A stretch of DNA of 55,520 bases, filler included, from Isurus oxyrinchus (Eukaryota): the NCBI GenBank assembly GCA_026770705.1. It is 3 parts of 3 records of this genome, joined end to end, with 100 filler letters (N's around TTAATTAATTAA, not from the genome) between each part and the next. Parts side by side here need not be neighbours in the genome. Positions count along the whole stretch, not along the records: positions 1 to 21,921 come from JANJGN010005426.1; positions 22,022 to 46,005 come from JANJGN010000385.1; 1 more part is not named here. The stretch is one strand, 5' to 3'. The position numbers and the translations under genes are program-made. Shown one piece after another: positions 14,331 to 25,039 of this stretch. Numbering within the stretch: position 1 is the first letter of the stretch; each line of letters begins with the position of its first letter. Below the pieces are notes generated by a model. The model ran no database searches. It was not told the origin of the DNA and worked only from the letters and a program-made list of their open reading frames with translations.

Positions 14331-14922
14331 AATGCCAGGCTAAAGACGAAAGAATATTTTAAATCTATTTTTTTTAAAGGACACATCTTCCAAAAATTTC
14401 TGGGAGCACATAAAGACCCAGGAGACAGGCTGAAGCAATGTTCTTAATCATAAACTGATTTAAGTTAATTATGTGCCAAACATTACCACCACAAATAAAC
14501 AAACAAGATCAAAATTCACAAAAGATAGCTAACAGAGTTCAGAGTCTTGGAATTAATAGCTATCAGTACTTATCATTAAAATAATTGTGATCAATTAGCA
14601 AACCTCCTGCAATTTCCACCATAATATAATCCAGTGATAGGTCGTACTAAATTCATCCAAAATAAACTGGCATCGAAGGAATAAAAACACATTTTCCAGT
14701 AGGGGCAGGATGAGAAATGTAAAGTGAGAGCAGCTGTGGAGTTAGTAACAGACAGAGATTGTTGAGAGTCACTTATTCATTAATAGATATGCATTGAAAA
14801 CTTAATTACTGAACAGATCAAAAGCTTGAGGAAGATACAATAGAATTAATATATTAAAAAAACGGTAAGACACCCTCGATTAATAAGAATGTAATTAAAA
14901 TTTCTCGGTTATATCCCTGTAG

Positions 14923-15050
14923 ATTCCACAGACCGCATCTGGATTGAAGACAATGAGGACGATAACGGGAACATCTGGACAACCGCTTCCACATTCATTG
15001 TCCTGTTCTTCCTGAGCATTTTCTACAGCACTGCCGTCACTCTGGCGAAG
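14923..15050 (+). CDS. IGHM: IgM membrane exon TM1
   Basis: Not in the ORF track. ccctgtAG|AT TCC ACA...GCG AAG|GTgaga, phase 1-0. DSTDRIWIEDNEDDNGNIWTTASTFIVLFFLSIFYSTAVTLAK: acidic spacer plus CART motif (WTTASTF, LS.FYS..VT). Confidence 0.95.
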
Positions 15051-15190
15051 GTGAGAAGATTCAATCCACTAACACTACAATCTGACAGAAGCGGTTTGAA
15101 AACTTTCTAAATATTTGAACAATTAAAAACTATAACATAAATGCACAAGATCATAAACATCTGCTTCATTATTTTCTCCCTCTTTTACAG

Positions 15191-15199
15191 ATCAAGTGA
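15191..15199 (+). CDS. IGHM: IgM membrane exon TM2 coding part (IK*)
   Basis: ttctccctcttttacAG|ATC AAG TGA, phase 0; completes the cytoplasmic tail K-I-K. Confidence 0.92.
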   Translation: MK

Positions 15200-15595
15200 T
15201 CGGTTGAACTTGGACCCCGTAGCTTTTCCTCAGCTGTTCATTAAATCTCTGTATTTCAATTTAAAATATGTTCTCTTAATGATCCCGAATCTGTGACCGA
15301 GCCTCTAACAGTATTTCTGTGATCCTGTAAGAAATGTGCGAAATGGTAATGGTTGTAATGTAATTGTAGCATCTAATTTCCCTGGAATTAGGATTTCAAT
15401 TTTAATTAAATAACTTTTCTCATTCCTTATTCACTATTGCCCCCTTCCCTTTCCATTGAGCCGCTGTTTTCTTTTTCTGATCTATGTTCCAGTGGTACAT
15501 ACAGTTTACCAACTCAGAGCGCATATGGACTCAGAGCGCATGTGTTCTGTTCCCAACGTGACTTCAGGAATTATATTCACTTCTGTTAACTTTAA

Positions 15596-15637
15596 AATAA
15601 ACTTTCCTGTAAAATAGTCTCTGAAATTACTAATAAA
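15596..15637 (+). terminator. Candidate poly(A) signals for membrane mu mRNA
   Basis: AATAAA at 15596-15601 and 15632-15637. Confidence 0.55.
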
Positions 15638-16689
15638 TCTGGAATGAAAAGTGAACTAACTGTGACTTTGCTGAATTCCTTTCTCCAAGGCCCATCGACA
15701 CCGCTCCATTTTCCCTATTGCACATTTCTCTCAGTTTTACCAGTCCTGTCTGGGATCTGTTTCCACCCATCGCCCCATCCGTGTAAGGAGACCTTTATCT
15801 CTGTTTCTAACAATTGCCCGAGGCAGAATGAATGAACAGGGAGTGTCACCTCGGCGATTTCACTCTGGACGGTCACAGTCACATGTCTGGCAATTCCAAA
15901 CTGTAGGGTTCGGCTTCATCGGAGGCTGATATAGGACAGGAAATTGGAGCATAAAACGCCCATTACAATGCCCCATCAAACATTCCCACGGTTGGTGCAG
16001 CCAGGATCAGCAACAGGGTAAAGATCCCTCTGCATTGTTGGATTAAACACTTTGAAGGTGGGGATGCCACAGGCTAGATATATGACACAGGCAGAATAAG
16101 GAGCACAAACCAATGGGTGTATCCAGGGACTGAAGCGTATCTGGCACTGATATATTATTAAGTACAACTCCTGCAAATTATTACAGAGCTTTAGGTCTCT
16201 TGGACATACCTGGGGGGACAAAACTGCGAAAATGCTCAAAGACGGGGTTCAATGTTATGCAGCAAGTAACCATAAACATGAGGCTTGTTCCCAGACCCTG
16301 GGGCCGATCGGACACTGAGACACTGGCTTCGCATTTTCTGTTAAATACACAAACAGACATAGCCCACACCTCGCCCTGCCCCACCCCTTTCTGTTAAGCA
16401 TATACACGTCCTTATTCCGGTAAACACACATTGACTCTCCACTTCCACCTTTTCTGTTAAATCCATTAGCCCTGTCATTTTCCCTTATGCTTCGATAATG
16501 AATCGTATTCCTGATCAGCTCAGTCGTACTGATACCATCTCCCTGAACTCACTGAACATCACCCCAGGGATCCGTTCTCCCTGCTCCATTCCCTCTGATA
16601 CCAATTTCCTGAACTCACTGAACATCACCCCAGGGGTAAACATAGAAAGTGCTGGAAAGCTCGGCAGGTCTGATAGCATCTCCAGTTAT

Positions 16690-17180
16690 CTCCACTTGCC
16701 TGGGTGAGCGCGGTTCCAACAACACACTAGAAGTTCGACACCATCCAGCAAAGTCGCTCAATTGTTGACAGCTCATCTACCAGCTTCACCATTCACTCCC
16801 TCCACCACCGCCGCACAGTAGCAGCAGTGTGTGCCAATTACTAGATGCACTGCAGGAACTCATCAAGGCTCCTTCGATAGCACCTTTCACACCCACGACA
16901 TCTACCATCTAGAAAGACAAGGGCAACAGATACATGGGAACACCACCACCTGGAATTTCCTTCAAGGGCACTCACCATTTTGACTTGGAAATGTATCGCT
17001 GCTCCTTCGCTGTCGCTGGGTCAAAATTCTGGATCTCCCTTCCTAACAGCACTGTGTGTGTACCTACACTACATGGACTGTAGCGGTTCAAGAAGGCAGC
17101 TCACCATCACCTTCTCAAGGGCAATTACGGATGGGCAGAGAAATGTTGGACTCACCAACGAAGCCCACGTCCCTTGAAAT
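16690..17180 (+). mobile_element. 3' end of a shark LINE (same family as 20600-20950, 22190-23200, 47830-49540)
   Basis: Shared sequence CACTCCCTCCACCACC..GCACAGT and tail TTCAAGAAGGCAGCTCACCA..GGGCAATT..GGATGGG. Confidence 0.75.
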
Positions 17181-17959
17181 AATAATAAATAATTTTCTAA
17201 CTGATCATTGGGAATAGAAAAGCCGATTCTTGGAAACAAAATGGACAGCCTGATATCACTTTGTAAACAATAGAAAACAACCCAATAGTTATTAATAAAT
17301 AGTTGCAGTATTAAACTATCTGCAATTAAAATGCAGGAACACTTTGGGATTTAACACATTCACTGAGGGCGGAGATGGGCTGAAGGTTATCACTGAAGTT
17401 AATGTAGGGGAATTATTCTTTATTCAGTTTTTTATTCAGAAAAGCGTTATTAGAAAATCGGAGATTTAAAGGAATGGGCAATTTCCGAGAGACAGAGGGA
17501 GAGAGAGAGAGTTCATTAAGTTTCAGTGAGTTAGACTCTGTCTCAGGGAGAGAGATGACAGACATTAAGTAAGTGTGCTGACAAACATGCACATCTTAGC
17601 AAAGAAATGGTCAGTATCACATGAAATTCTAAACAAGAGCACAACAGAATGTACTACTAATAAATATTTACGATATTAGGCGATCTGTAGTTACAGGTTG
17701 AATAAGAGAAAATAAAAAAAGCTGAAACATTCTGGTGAAGATAAATCTTTTATCTTTGCAGAATGATATAGCATGATTTCATTTAACACAGACACACACA
17801 AAAGGTGATGTCTCATATGTAATTCTGTTGGCTGTAATGCAAATTAATATGAGGAGCTGCTTGGAACAACCAGTCAATGGGAAACCTCTAGTTTTAGGCC
17901 AAAGTGAGAGGCCCATTTCTAACTCAACATCCACTTTATAGAGACATAGACAAGTGAAT

Positions 17960-19240
17960 TAACAACAGAGACAGAGTTTGGTGTGGTAATTACTGAGACA
18001 GGGCCTAGTGCAATTTAAGCAAAGACATTACAGGTGCAGAAATAATCGAGACAGCATCTAATGTTACTTAAGCAAAGATGTGACTGAGTGCACGAATAAC
18101 AGGGATGGGGACAAGAGCTATATTAACATGGACAGGGTCTACTGCTATAATAGCGGAGACGGGATTACAGGGCCTGGATCAATATCAAGTGAAATAGGGC
18201 AGTTATTACAGGCACAGGGCCTAGAGTAATTGCTTCCTAGAGAGAGTCTAAGTCGTAATAATGGAGACTGCTGCCAGTGTAAGAGAGACAGGTATGATGT
18301 CGTGGAGTAAAATCAGGGAAAGGGATAGTGGAATAGAAGCAGAGACAGAGGTACAAAGACAAAGCCTCTGCAAAGACAGGATCCATTTTAATTGAAAAGA
18401 CAGACAAGGTCGTGTGTGATACAGGCTGATACAGAATCTAGTGTAACTTGTTCTGAAATGGTCTAGCGGAATATAAATGTAGACATGATTGAGTGTGTTA
18501 TAAGCAGGGCCGCGATTAGTGGAACATAAGTGAGGCAGTGCAGAGTGTAGTAATAATTGAGACAGGATCTTGTGTAATACGAACCTGCCTTGTGTAGCAA
18601 TAACACAGACCGGATCCAGTATAAGAAAACTGATACACGGTCTAGTGGAGCTTCACATAATCCAGCACTCTTTGTAATATAATCTGACACAGTGTCTGGT
18701 GAATTAAATACCTGCAAAGGTACGAGATTAATAAAAACAGGGACATGCACTAGTACAGCAATAAGAGAGTAATGGTATAGGACAATAACAACAGAAACAG
18801 GGAATTATGTGATATGAATGGATGCATGTATTGGTGCAGCATTACCTGAGACAGGGTCCAGTTTGACAGACAGGTGGCAGGTTCTACTGGAGTAATAGCT
18901 GAGACAGAGTCTTGTTAAATGCAAGTAAAAACATGTTCCAATTTTCTATAACCAGAGACAAGCTCTAGTGCAGTGACAACTGGGGCATGGCTTATTGTAA
19001 CTTCAACCGAGACCTGCTTCAGTGCAGTCATGACTGAGATAGTGCCAACTGTGTTGTGGCCCTAGTCCAGTACATAAACAAATGTGACTGAGCCAGTTAC
19101 AGAAACAACTGAGAGATGACCTTCTCTAATATGATTAGAGACATGTCCTAGTGTAATAGAAATAGAAACGGCGTCTAATTTAATATGAACAGGGACAGTG
19201 GCAAATGCAGTAAAAATTGAGACAGCGCCTGCTTCATGTG
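17960..19240 (+). repeat. Highly diverged ~27-bp tandem array, approximate consensus GAGACAGGGTCTAGTGTAATAACAACT
   Basis: GAGACA-like heads at 18901, 18928, 18955, 18982, 19009 and 19036 (27-nt spacing) and similar units throughout the interval. Confidence 0.7.
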
Positions 19241-19363
19241 ATGTGAGCAATCACGGTTACACTGCCATCCACTGGTCAATCTTTGCTATTACAGGTGTTG
19301 CGAAAATGTCGATTACATCTGCTGTTTCTGAGATCAATGGTTAAAATCCGAAATAATGGAAAA

Positions 19364-19445
19364 CGTAGTCGACAGGATTTGAACCTGCGCGGGGTAACCC
19401 CAATGGATTTCAAATCCATCACCTTAACCACTCGGCCACGACTAC
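19364..19445 (-). tRNA. tRNA-Ser(TGA), 82 nt, possibly an incipient pseudogene
   Basis: Reverse complement GTAGTCGTGGCCGAGTGGTTAAGGTGATGGATTTGAAATCCATTGGGGTTACCCCGCGCAGGTTCAAATCCTGTCGACTACG matches the vertebrate tRNA-Ser pattern. Long variable arm, A/B boxes, TTTT immediately downstream. Confidence 0.9.
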
Positions 19446-20599
19446 AGACCTGGGGAGTGAAACATATATATTTCATAGATGAAATCATAGAATAGTTACA
19501 GCAGAGAAAAAGCGTCTTCTTCCCACCCTGTCACTGCAACAACCCAGCCTTTTCCCCATAACCCTGCAATTTATACTGCCCCTCCTCGTTCTCCCTCCCA
19601 AATTGAGAATGAAAGAGAGAGAATGAAAGAGGAAGAGAAGTAACGGGTTTTGTAGATCCCAGGGAGAAGAGAGTCCGGGAACAGTTCATTGTGACAGTTC
19701 ACACAGCAACAAGAAAACAACATTCCCTGAGGAAGGCCAGGAGTGGGAGCATGTTTAGTTCAAACACAGAAGACTTGTTCAGCCAATAACAGCATCGGAT
19801 CTGTTAGACATATACATGAAGTGAACAGTGAGGTGAAATAGTGCCACAAGCTGCGGATGTGCAACTTTCAATTTCCAAGACCCACCATCCTCATCAATGT
19901 TGCTCCTCTGAAACTTTCAAGGTAAATGTTGATCCTTTATAAGGTGCCGTTCCCAGAACGAGACACAGTCCTCCAGGTGTAATCTAACCAGGGCTTTGTA
20001 TAGCCGCAGCAAACCTTTCCCTCTTTCCTATAACAGCCTCTGTAACGGGTTGTATAGACAGAGGGATTAGATTGTATCGATCCAGTAAGAAAAATAAGGA
20101 GATGCTTCATCAAACTAAAATTCCTTTTGAAATTCCATTTGAAATGAACTTAATTTTTTCGAAAGCTGTGTAAGAATCCCCAGTCTAACTCTTCATGTCA
20201 CTGGGTCAGGGGAACTTTGTTAATGTTCACACACTGAGCATGGACACGGCAGCAGCTCCTGCGCCTCTTCCAATATTGTTTTTCTTAACTCAGAGTTTTC
20301 GAAAGGGAAATGGACAATGACTTGAAAGGGAGAAAAACGATCAGGATGATGGAGAAAGAGAAGGAAATTGAGACTAATTGGAAAGAACATTGTAAAAAGC
20401 TGATATTGATATGATGGTTTAAATGGTCTTCTCGCACACTCTGCCATTTTGTGATGACATCACCAGATTAATTTGATGACAACATTTCTAAATTTGTCAA
20501 CCGAATTCCATTTCTGTAAAACAAAGACGCAAAGTGCGGCTGCAGGACCTCACAGTTTAACATAGTGTGCAGGTGCCTCTGGCTTTGTCAGGTATTGTT

Positions 20600-20950
20600 C
20601 TGTAGGGGAGTGGTTATCACATGTGCATGGAATCACCAAGCCTCCTTAGACAGAACCTTCCAAGCCCACGACAATTACCATCTAGAAAAACAAGGGCAGC
20701 AAATAGATGGGAACACGACCACCTGGAATTTCTCCTGCAAGGCACTCACCCTCTTGACTTGGAAATATGTCGCTGTTTCTTCACTGTTGCTGGGTCAAAA
20801 TCCTGGAATTCCCTTCCTAACAGCACTCTGGGTGTACCTACACAACAGGGACTGCTGCGTTTCAAGAAGGCAGCTCAGCAGCACCTTCTGAAGGGACAAT
20901 GGGATGAGCAATAAATGCTGGCCCAGCCAGCGAAGCCCATATCCCGAGAA
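20600..20950 (+). mobile_element. LINE 3' end fragment
   Basis: High similarity to 16860-17180; encodes FFTVAGSKSWNSLPNS. Confidence 0.75.
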
Positions 20951-21471
20951 TGACTTACATACTGTCAGCAGAATTAATCATAAATCTTCTTCTCATCCGT
21001 GTCACTCAAAGTTATTTTAGTTGCAAACATTCACTAAATTTGGAGTCTGAAACGGAACAATCATTGGCCAATTTGATGACACCGTTGTTTTCTGGGTCTT
21101 TGTCTCTCCTTAGGCCTCTGTCACTCTCGGTGTACATGTCTGTGTGCGCTCCTCTCTGTGTGTCAATGTGATTCAGTCCCCTGAGGGGTTGTACACATTT
21201 TTTCCCACCACAAACGTTTTACACATTGGTTGTGCAGCTTCACATTACAATGTAACAGAGAAAAGTATCAAGATGAAAGAGGAATTTGCAATGTTCTTGC
21301 ATCCCATTTCTTAACCTCTGCGTTTGCTCTGTTGCACTGATGCCATTCCCAGCTGTGGTACCAAATTCCAGCTCTTGCTCCATTCATTCTGGTAAAGGTG
21401 ATATGCAGGATTTCTGCATGTTCTATTACTCAGGGTCATCCCAGCACTTCACCAAGGTTATTAAATCACTG

Positions 21472-21543
21472 CTCCTTCATCAGGAATTGAACCCACGCCC
21501 TGACTATGAAAGCGCAGAATCCTAGCTATTGGGCCACCAAGGA
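21472..21543 (-). pseudogene. Decayed tRNA-Glu(TTC)
   Basis: Reverse complement TCCTTGGTGGCCCAATAGCTAGGATTCTGCGCTTTCATAGTCAGGGCGTGGGTTCAATTCCTGATGAAGGAG, 72 nt, colinear with vertebrate tRNA-Glu(TTC) but with broken stems. Confidence 0.75.
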
Positions 21544-21921
21544 AGGTGCTCAGAAGCCTCACAACCTGGGTAAGCCATGCTGTCTGTGCCTTTTATTTTC
21601 ATTTCCGACCTCTTTCATTAGAGGAACGTTTCTCCCCCAAATTGACACGTTTATATAAAACACAAACAACATCCATTGTCAGACAGTTCCGGGTTGTTAT
21701 TGGGTCCTTAAGCGACAGAGAGAAAATAATCCAACTCTCCTGTTGCTCAGCGGGTTCCAACAGCAGTGTTTTTTTATCTGAATATAAATGTAAAATATAA
21801 TTTAACAACTGACCAACCAGGTACCTACAAATCGATGAAGTTATTGGATCAGATAGACCCGTTAATGATTCCTTCTTCCTCAGCTCCGCAGTGAGTGAGA
21901 CAGGGAAAAGCAGAAAAGCAG

Positions 21922-22021
21922 NNNNNNNNNNNNNNNNNNNNNNNNNNNNNNNNNNNNNNNNNNNNTTAATTAATTAANNNNNNNNNNNNNNNNNNNNNNN
22001 NNNNNNNNNNNNNNNNNNNNN
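21922..22021. other. Artificial contig linker (44 N + TTAATTAATTAA + 44 N)
   Basis: Exactly 100 bp, symmetric, with a 12-mer that stops all six frames; identical structure at 46006-46105. Confidence 0.9.
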
Positions 22022-22152
22022 CAGAACAAGTTCCAACAATGAGCTGTGGTTGGTGATTCCTCACGTTACATCCAGGGACACTGGAGACTATCAGTGTGTG
22101 GCAGAGAATGAACATGGAGCAGTGGAGGGATTCATAACCATCACTGTGGAAC
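22022..22152 (+). CDS. 3' part of a membrane-proximal Ig (C2/I-set) exon of a Siglec/CD22/MAG-like receptor; 5' end lost in the gap
   Basis: RTSSNNELWLVIPHVTSRDTGDYQCVAENEHGAVEGFITITVE with D-x-G-x-Y-x-C-x-A-x-N-x-x-G motif; donor C|GTGAGT, phase 1. Confidence 0.85.
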
Positions 22153-22189
22153 GTGAGTTACACAGAATTGAACATTCTGTTTTTATTAG

Positions 22190-23200
22190 CTCATGGGATA
22201 TGGGCATTGTTGACAAGGCCATCTGTAACTGCCCCTTGAGAAGGTGGTGGTGAGCTGCCTTCTTTAACTACTGCAGTCCATGTGGTGTAGGTACACCCAC
22301 TGTGCTGTTAGGGAGGGAGTTCCATGATTTTGTCCCAGCGACGGTGAAGGTACGGCCGATATATTTCCAAATCTCATGGAAGACCAACACCACAAGTTCG
22401 CCTCCAAGTCACACACCACACTGACTTGGAACTGTCTTGGTGGAAGAGGTTAAGGGTTTGGAAGGTGCTGTCGAAGGAGCCTTGGTGAGTTGCTGCAGCA
22501 CATTTTGTAGATGGTGCACACTGCGGCCATTGTGTGCCAGTGGTGGAGGGTATGAATGTTTATGCTGGTGGATGGGCTGTCGATCAAACAAGCTGCTCCT
22601 GGATGGTGTCGAGCTTCTTGAGTGTTGTTGGAGCTGCACTTATTCAGGCAATTGGAGATTATTCCATCACACTCCTGACTTGTGCCTTGTCCGATGGTGG
22701 ACAGGCTTTGGGGGGTCAGGAGTTGAATTACTCACCGCAGAGTTCCCAGCCTCTTACCCGCTCTTGTAGCCACATTATTTCCTGTTGCCGGGTTGTTGCC
22801 AGGGCCATTAGCCTTTGCTGTATCCAGTATCATCAGCTGATTCCTGATGTCACGTGGAGTCAATTGAATTGTCTGAAAGCTGACATCTGTGATGCTGGGA
22901 CCCTCTGGAGGAGGCCGAGATGGAGCATCCACTCAGCACTTCTGGCTGAACATGGTTGCCAATGCTTCAGCCTTGTCGTTTGCACTGATGTGCTGAGCTC
23001 CCCCATCGTTAAGGATGGGGATATTTGTGGAACATCCTCCTCCTGTTAGATCTTTAATTGTCCATCACCATTCATGACTGGATGTGGCAGGACTGCAGAG
23101 CTTAGATCTGACCCGTTGGTTGTGGGATCGCTTTGCTCTGTCTATAGCATGTTGTTTCCGCTGTTTGGCGTGTATGTATTCCTGTGTGTCACCTCAGCAG
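22190..23200 (-). mobile_element. Rearranged LINE fragments
   Basis: Reverse-strand LINE tail plus ORF2 pieces (LDTAKANGPGN) similar to 47830-49540. Confidence 0.75.
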
Positions 23201-23403
23201 CTTGGCACCTCTGTTATATGTGAATCCTCCTTATAGAAACCTGCATGTACATGGATATTATCAATAAATATTACATAGATAAATGTTATTTGTATAGACC
23301 TTTCATGCATAGACAATATCACTTCACAAGTTCAGAATTACTACATGTACATAGGGAACCATTCTCAAACTGTACCGGAGTCATTCATTGGCTGATTTTA
23401 CAG

Positions 23404-23500
23404 GGCGAGATTCCAATGAATGGAAAGCAGGATTGCTTGGAGCTGGAATCTGTTTGAGTGTTGGACTGAGTGGATTCTTCATCTTCAAGTGTGTGAGAAA
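23404..23500 (+). CDS. Transmembrane exon A of the Siglec-like receptor (uncharged core)
   Basis: Not in the ORF track. attttacAG|GG CGA...AGA AA|GTAAGT, phase 1-2, in frame with the exon ending at 22152. (R)RDSNEWKAGLLGAGICLSVGLSGFFIFKCVR(K). Confidence 0.8.
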
Positions 23501-24204
23501 GTAAGTGTGAAGGTTTAATTGGTTGATTTCAAACATTTTTTCTTCAAACTTCTCTCCTTATAGAAAGAACTTGCATTTCTATAGCACCTTTCACAACCCA
23601 AAACCCTTCACAGCCCCTGAAGAGTTTTGATTTTCACATACTGTTTAACATCTCATCCAACACTCAATGTTTCACAACTCAGTCCTGTAACTGGCAGTGT
23701 TGACCCGCACCATAAGATACCTTGTGACCTCCTGAGGATGTGAAAGGTGCTATATAAATGAAAACTTTTCTTTTGTTAGTGAATGCAATCTCTTTCCTTT
23801 TTCCATGTTTCATTCACTCTCTCTTATCTCCACTAATGCTCTCCTTCTCATTCTCTCTCTCATTCACTCTCTCTCTTATCTCCACTAATGCTCTCCTTCT
23901 CATTCTCTCTCTCGTCCTCTTACACATTGTTCAGTATCTCACATTTTTAAGGAGCGCTGAGCAACATCTGCTCCTTCAGAAGATCCACCTCAACATCTGG
24001 AGTGAGCAGTGAATTGAAACTCGCTCACCAACAGCTCAGCTTTACACAGGAATCACGTCACAGAGTCAGGACACAAAGGGTTAACAGTTTGCTTACAACA
24101 CAACACTAAGGCCCTACGTTTCAGTGAAACGGTTTTCACAATTGTTCCCCAATTCCTGATTTGACTCACAGAGACACATCAACCCTTTCTCATTAAATAC
24201 ACAG

Positions 24205-24289
24205 AGGGAGCAGCACAGGAAGAGGTCATTCAGCCCAAGCAGAGCGTGTGGGCAGTTCCTCCCCAGGCGAGCAGTCGGACAGGTACTGG
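24205..24289 (+). CDS. Candidate juxtamembrane cytoplasmic exon (copy 1 of a 3-copy module; may instead be a 5'UTR-type exon)
   Basis: acacAG|A GGG AGC...TAC TGG|GTAAGT. Phase 2-0 bridges TM exon A to the phase-0 tyrosine exons. GSSTGRGHSAQAERVGSSSPGEQSDRYW; weak acceptor. Confidence 0.4.
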
Positions 24290-24479
24290 GTAAGTAACAG
24301 AACGATTGGAATTCACTTCCACCACCAACACCATCCTTTGTTGATGTTGTGACTTTATAAAGACAGATTCCAATGATTGATACCTTTGAAAGATTTCTAC
24401 TGATTATTGAGATCTGGGTGTGAGGCTTAGGTTTGTTGGACAGAACATCTTTCTGGTTAAATTATGCAGACAGGTTACA

Positions 24480-24730
24480 CACAGTCTACGATTATATTCC
24501 CTCGGGTCTAGAAGATTAAGGAGTGATCTAATTGAGGGGTTCAAACTGATTAAACACTCGATAGGGTCGATAGAGAGAAGCTATTCCCTCGGGTGGGGGT
24601 GGGTGGTGGGGGTCGGGTGGAGTCCAGAACAAGGGGGCTGGAACTTCAGATTGGAGCCAGGCCATTCAGGGGTGATGTCAGGAAGCACTTCTTCACACAA
24701 AGGGGAGTGGAAATCTGGAACTCTCTCCCC
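24480..24730 (+). mobile_element. CR1 LINE 3' fragment
   Basis: YSLGSRRLRSDLIE and RKHFFTQRGVEIWNSLP motifs. Confidence 0.8.
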
Positions 24731-24800
24731 AATAATCAAACCCAACACCGAATACACATCATTGTGATTGTCACTCTGTCCATTTCCATCTCTATTCCAG

Positions 24801-24890
24801 AAGAGAGGCGAGGGGAAAGCAGGAATCAAATCATACTACCGTGTTGATGAATATCGAGGTCCTCTTTATGAAAACTGTGAACGTGGTTGG
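24801..24890 (+). CDS. Duplicated cytoplasmic tyrosine-motif exon (paralog of 28131-28247); 3' end uncertain
   Basis: tctattccAG|AAG AGA GGC...; KRGEGKAGIKSYYRVDEYRGPLYENCE. Upstream intron homologous to that of the 28131 exon; no clear phase-0 donor found. Confidence 0.5.
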
Positions 24891-25039
24891 GCTTTGAGGA
24901 ATCAGTTGTGTCACACACCACAGGATCCCCAGCCTCTCAGCTGCTCCAGTAGCCTGGTTATTGATATGGCTGCTCCAGTCCTGTATCCGCAATGTTTTAT
25001 ACAGTCACTCCCAAACCCAACCAAACTCACACCCAACAC

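Noticed and set aside
21966-21977. TTAATTAATTAA palindrome as a biological site
   Set aside because: Centred in an exact 100-bp N spacer and repeated identically at 46050-46061, so an assembly linker
23952-24001. Possible extra cytoplasmic exon (AG|GAGCGC...TGGA|GTGAGC)
   Set aside because: Would end in phase 1, incompatible with the phase-0 tail exons, and has no motif support
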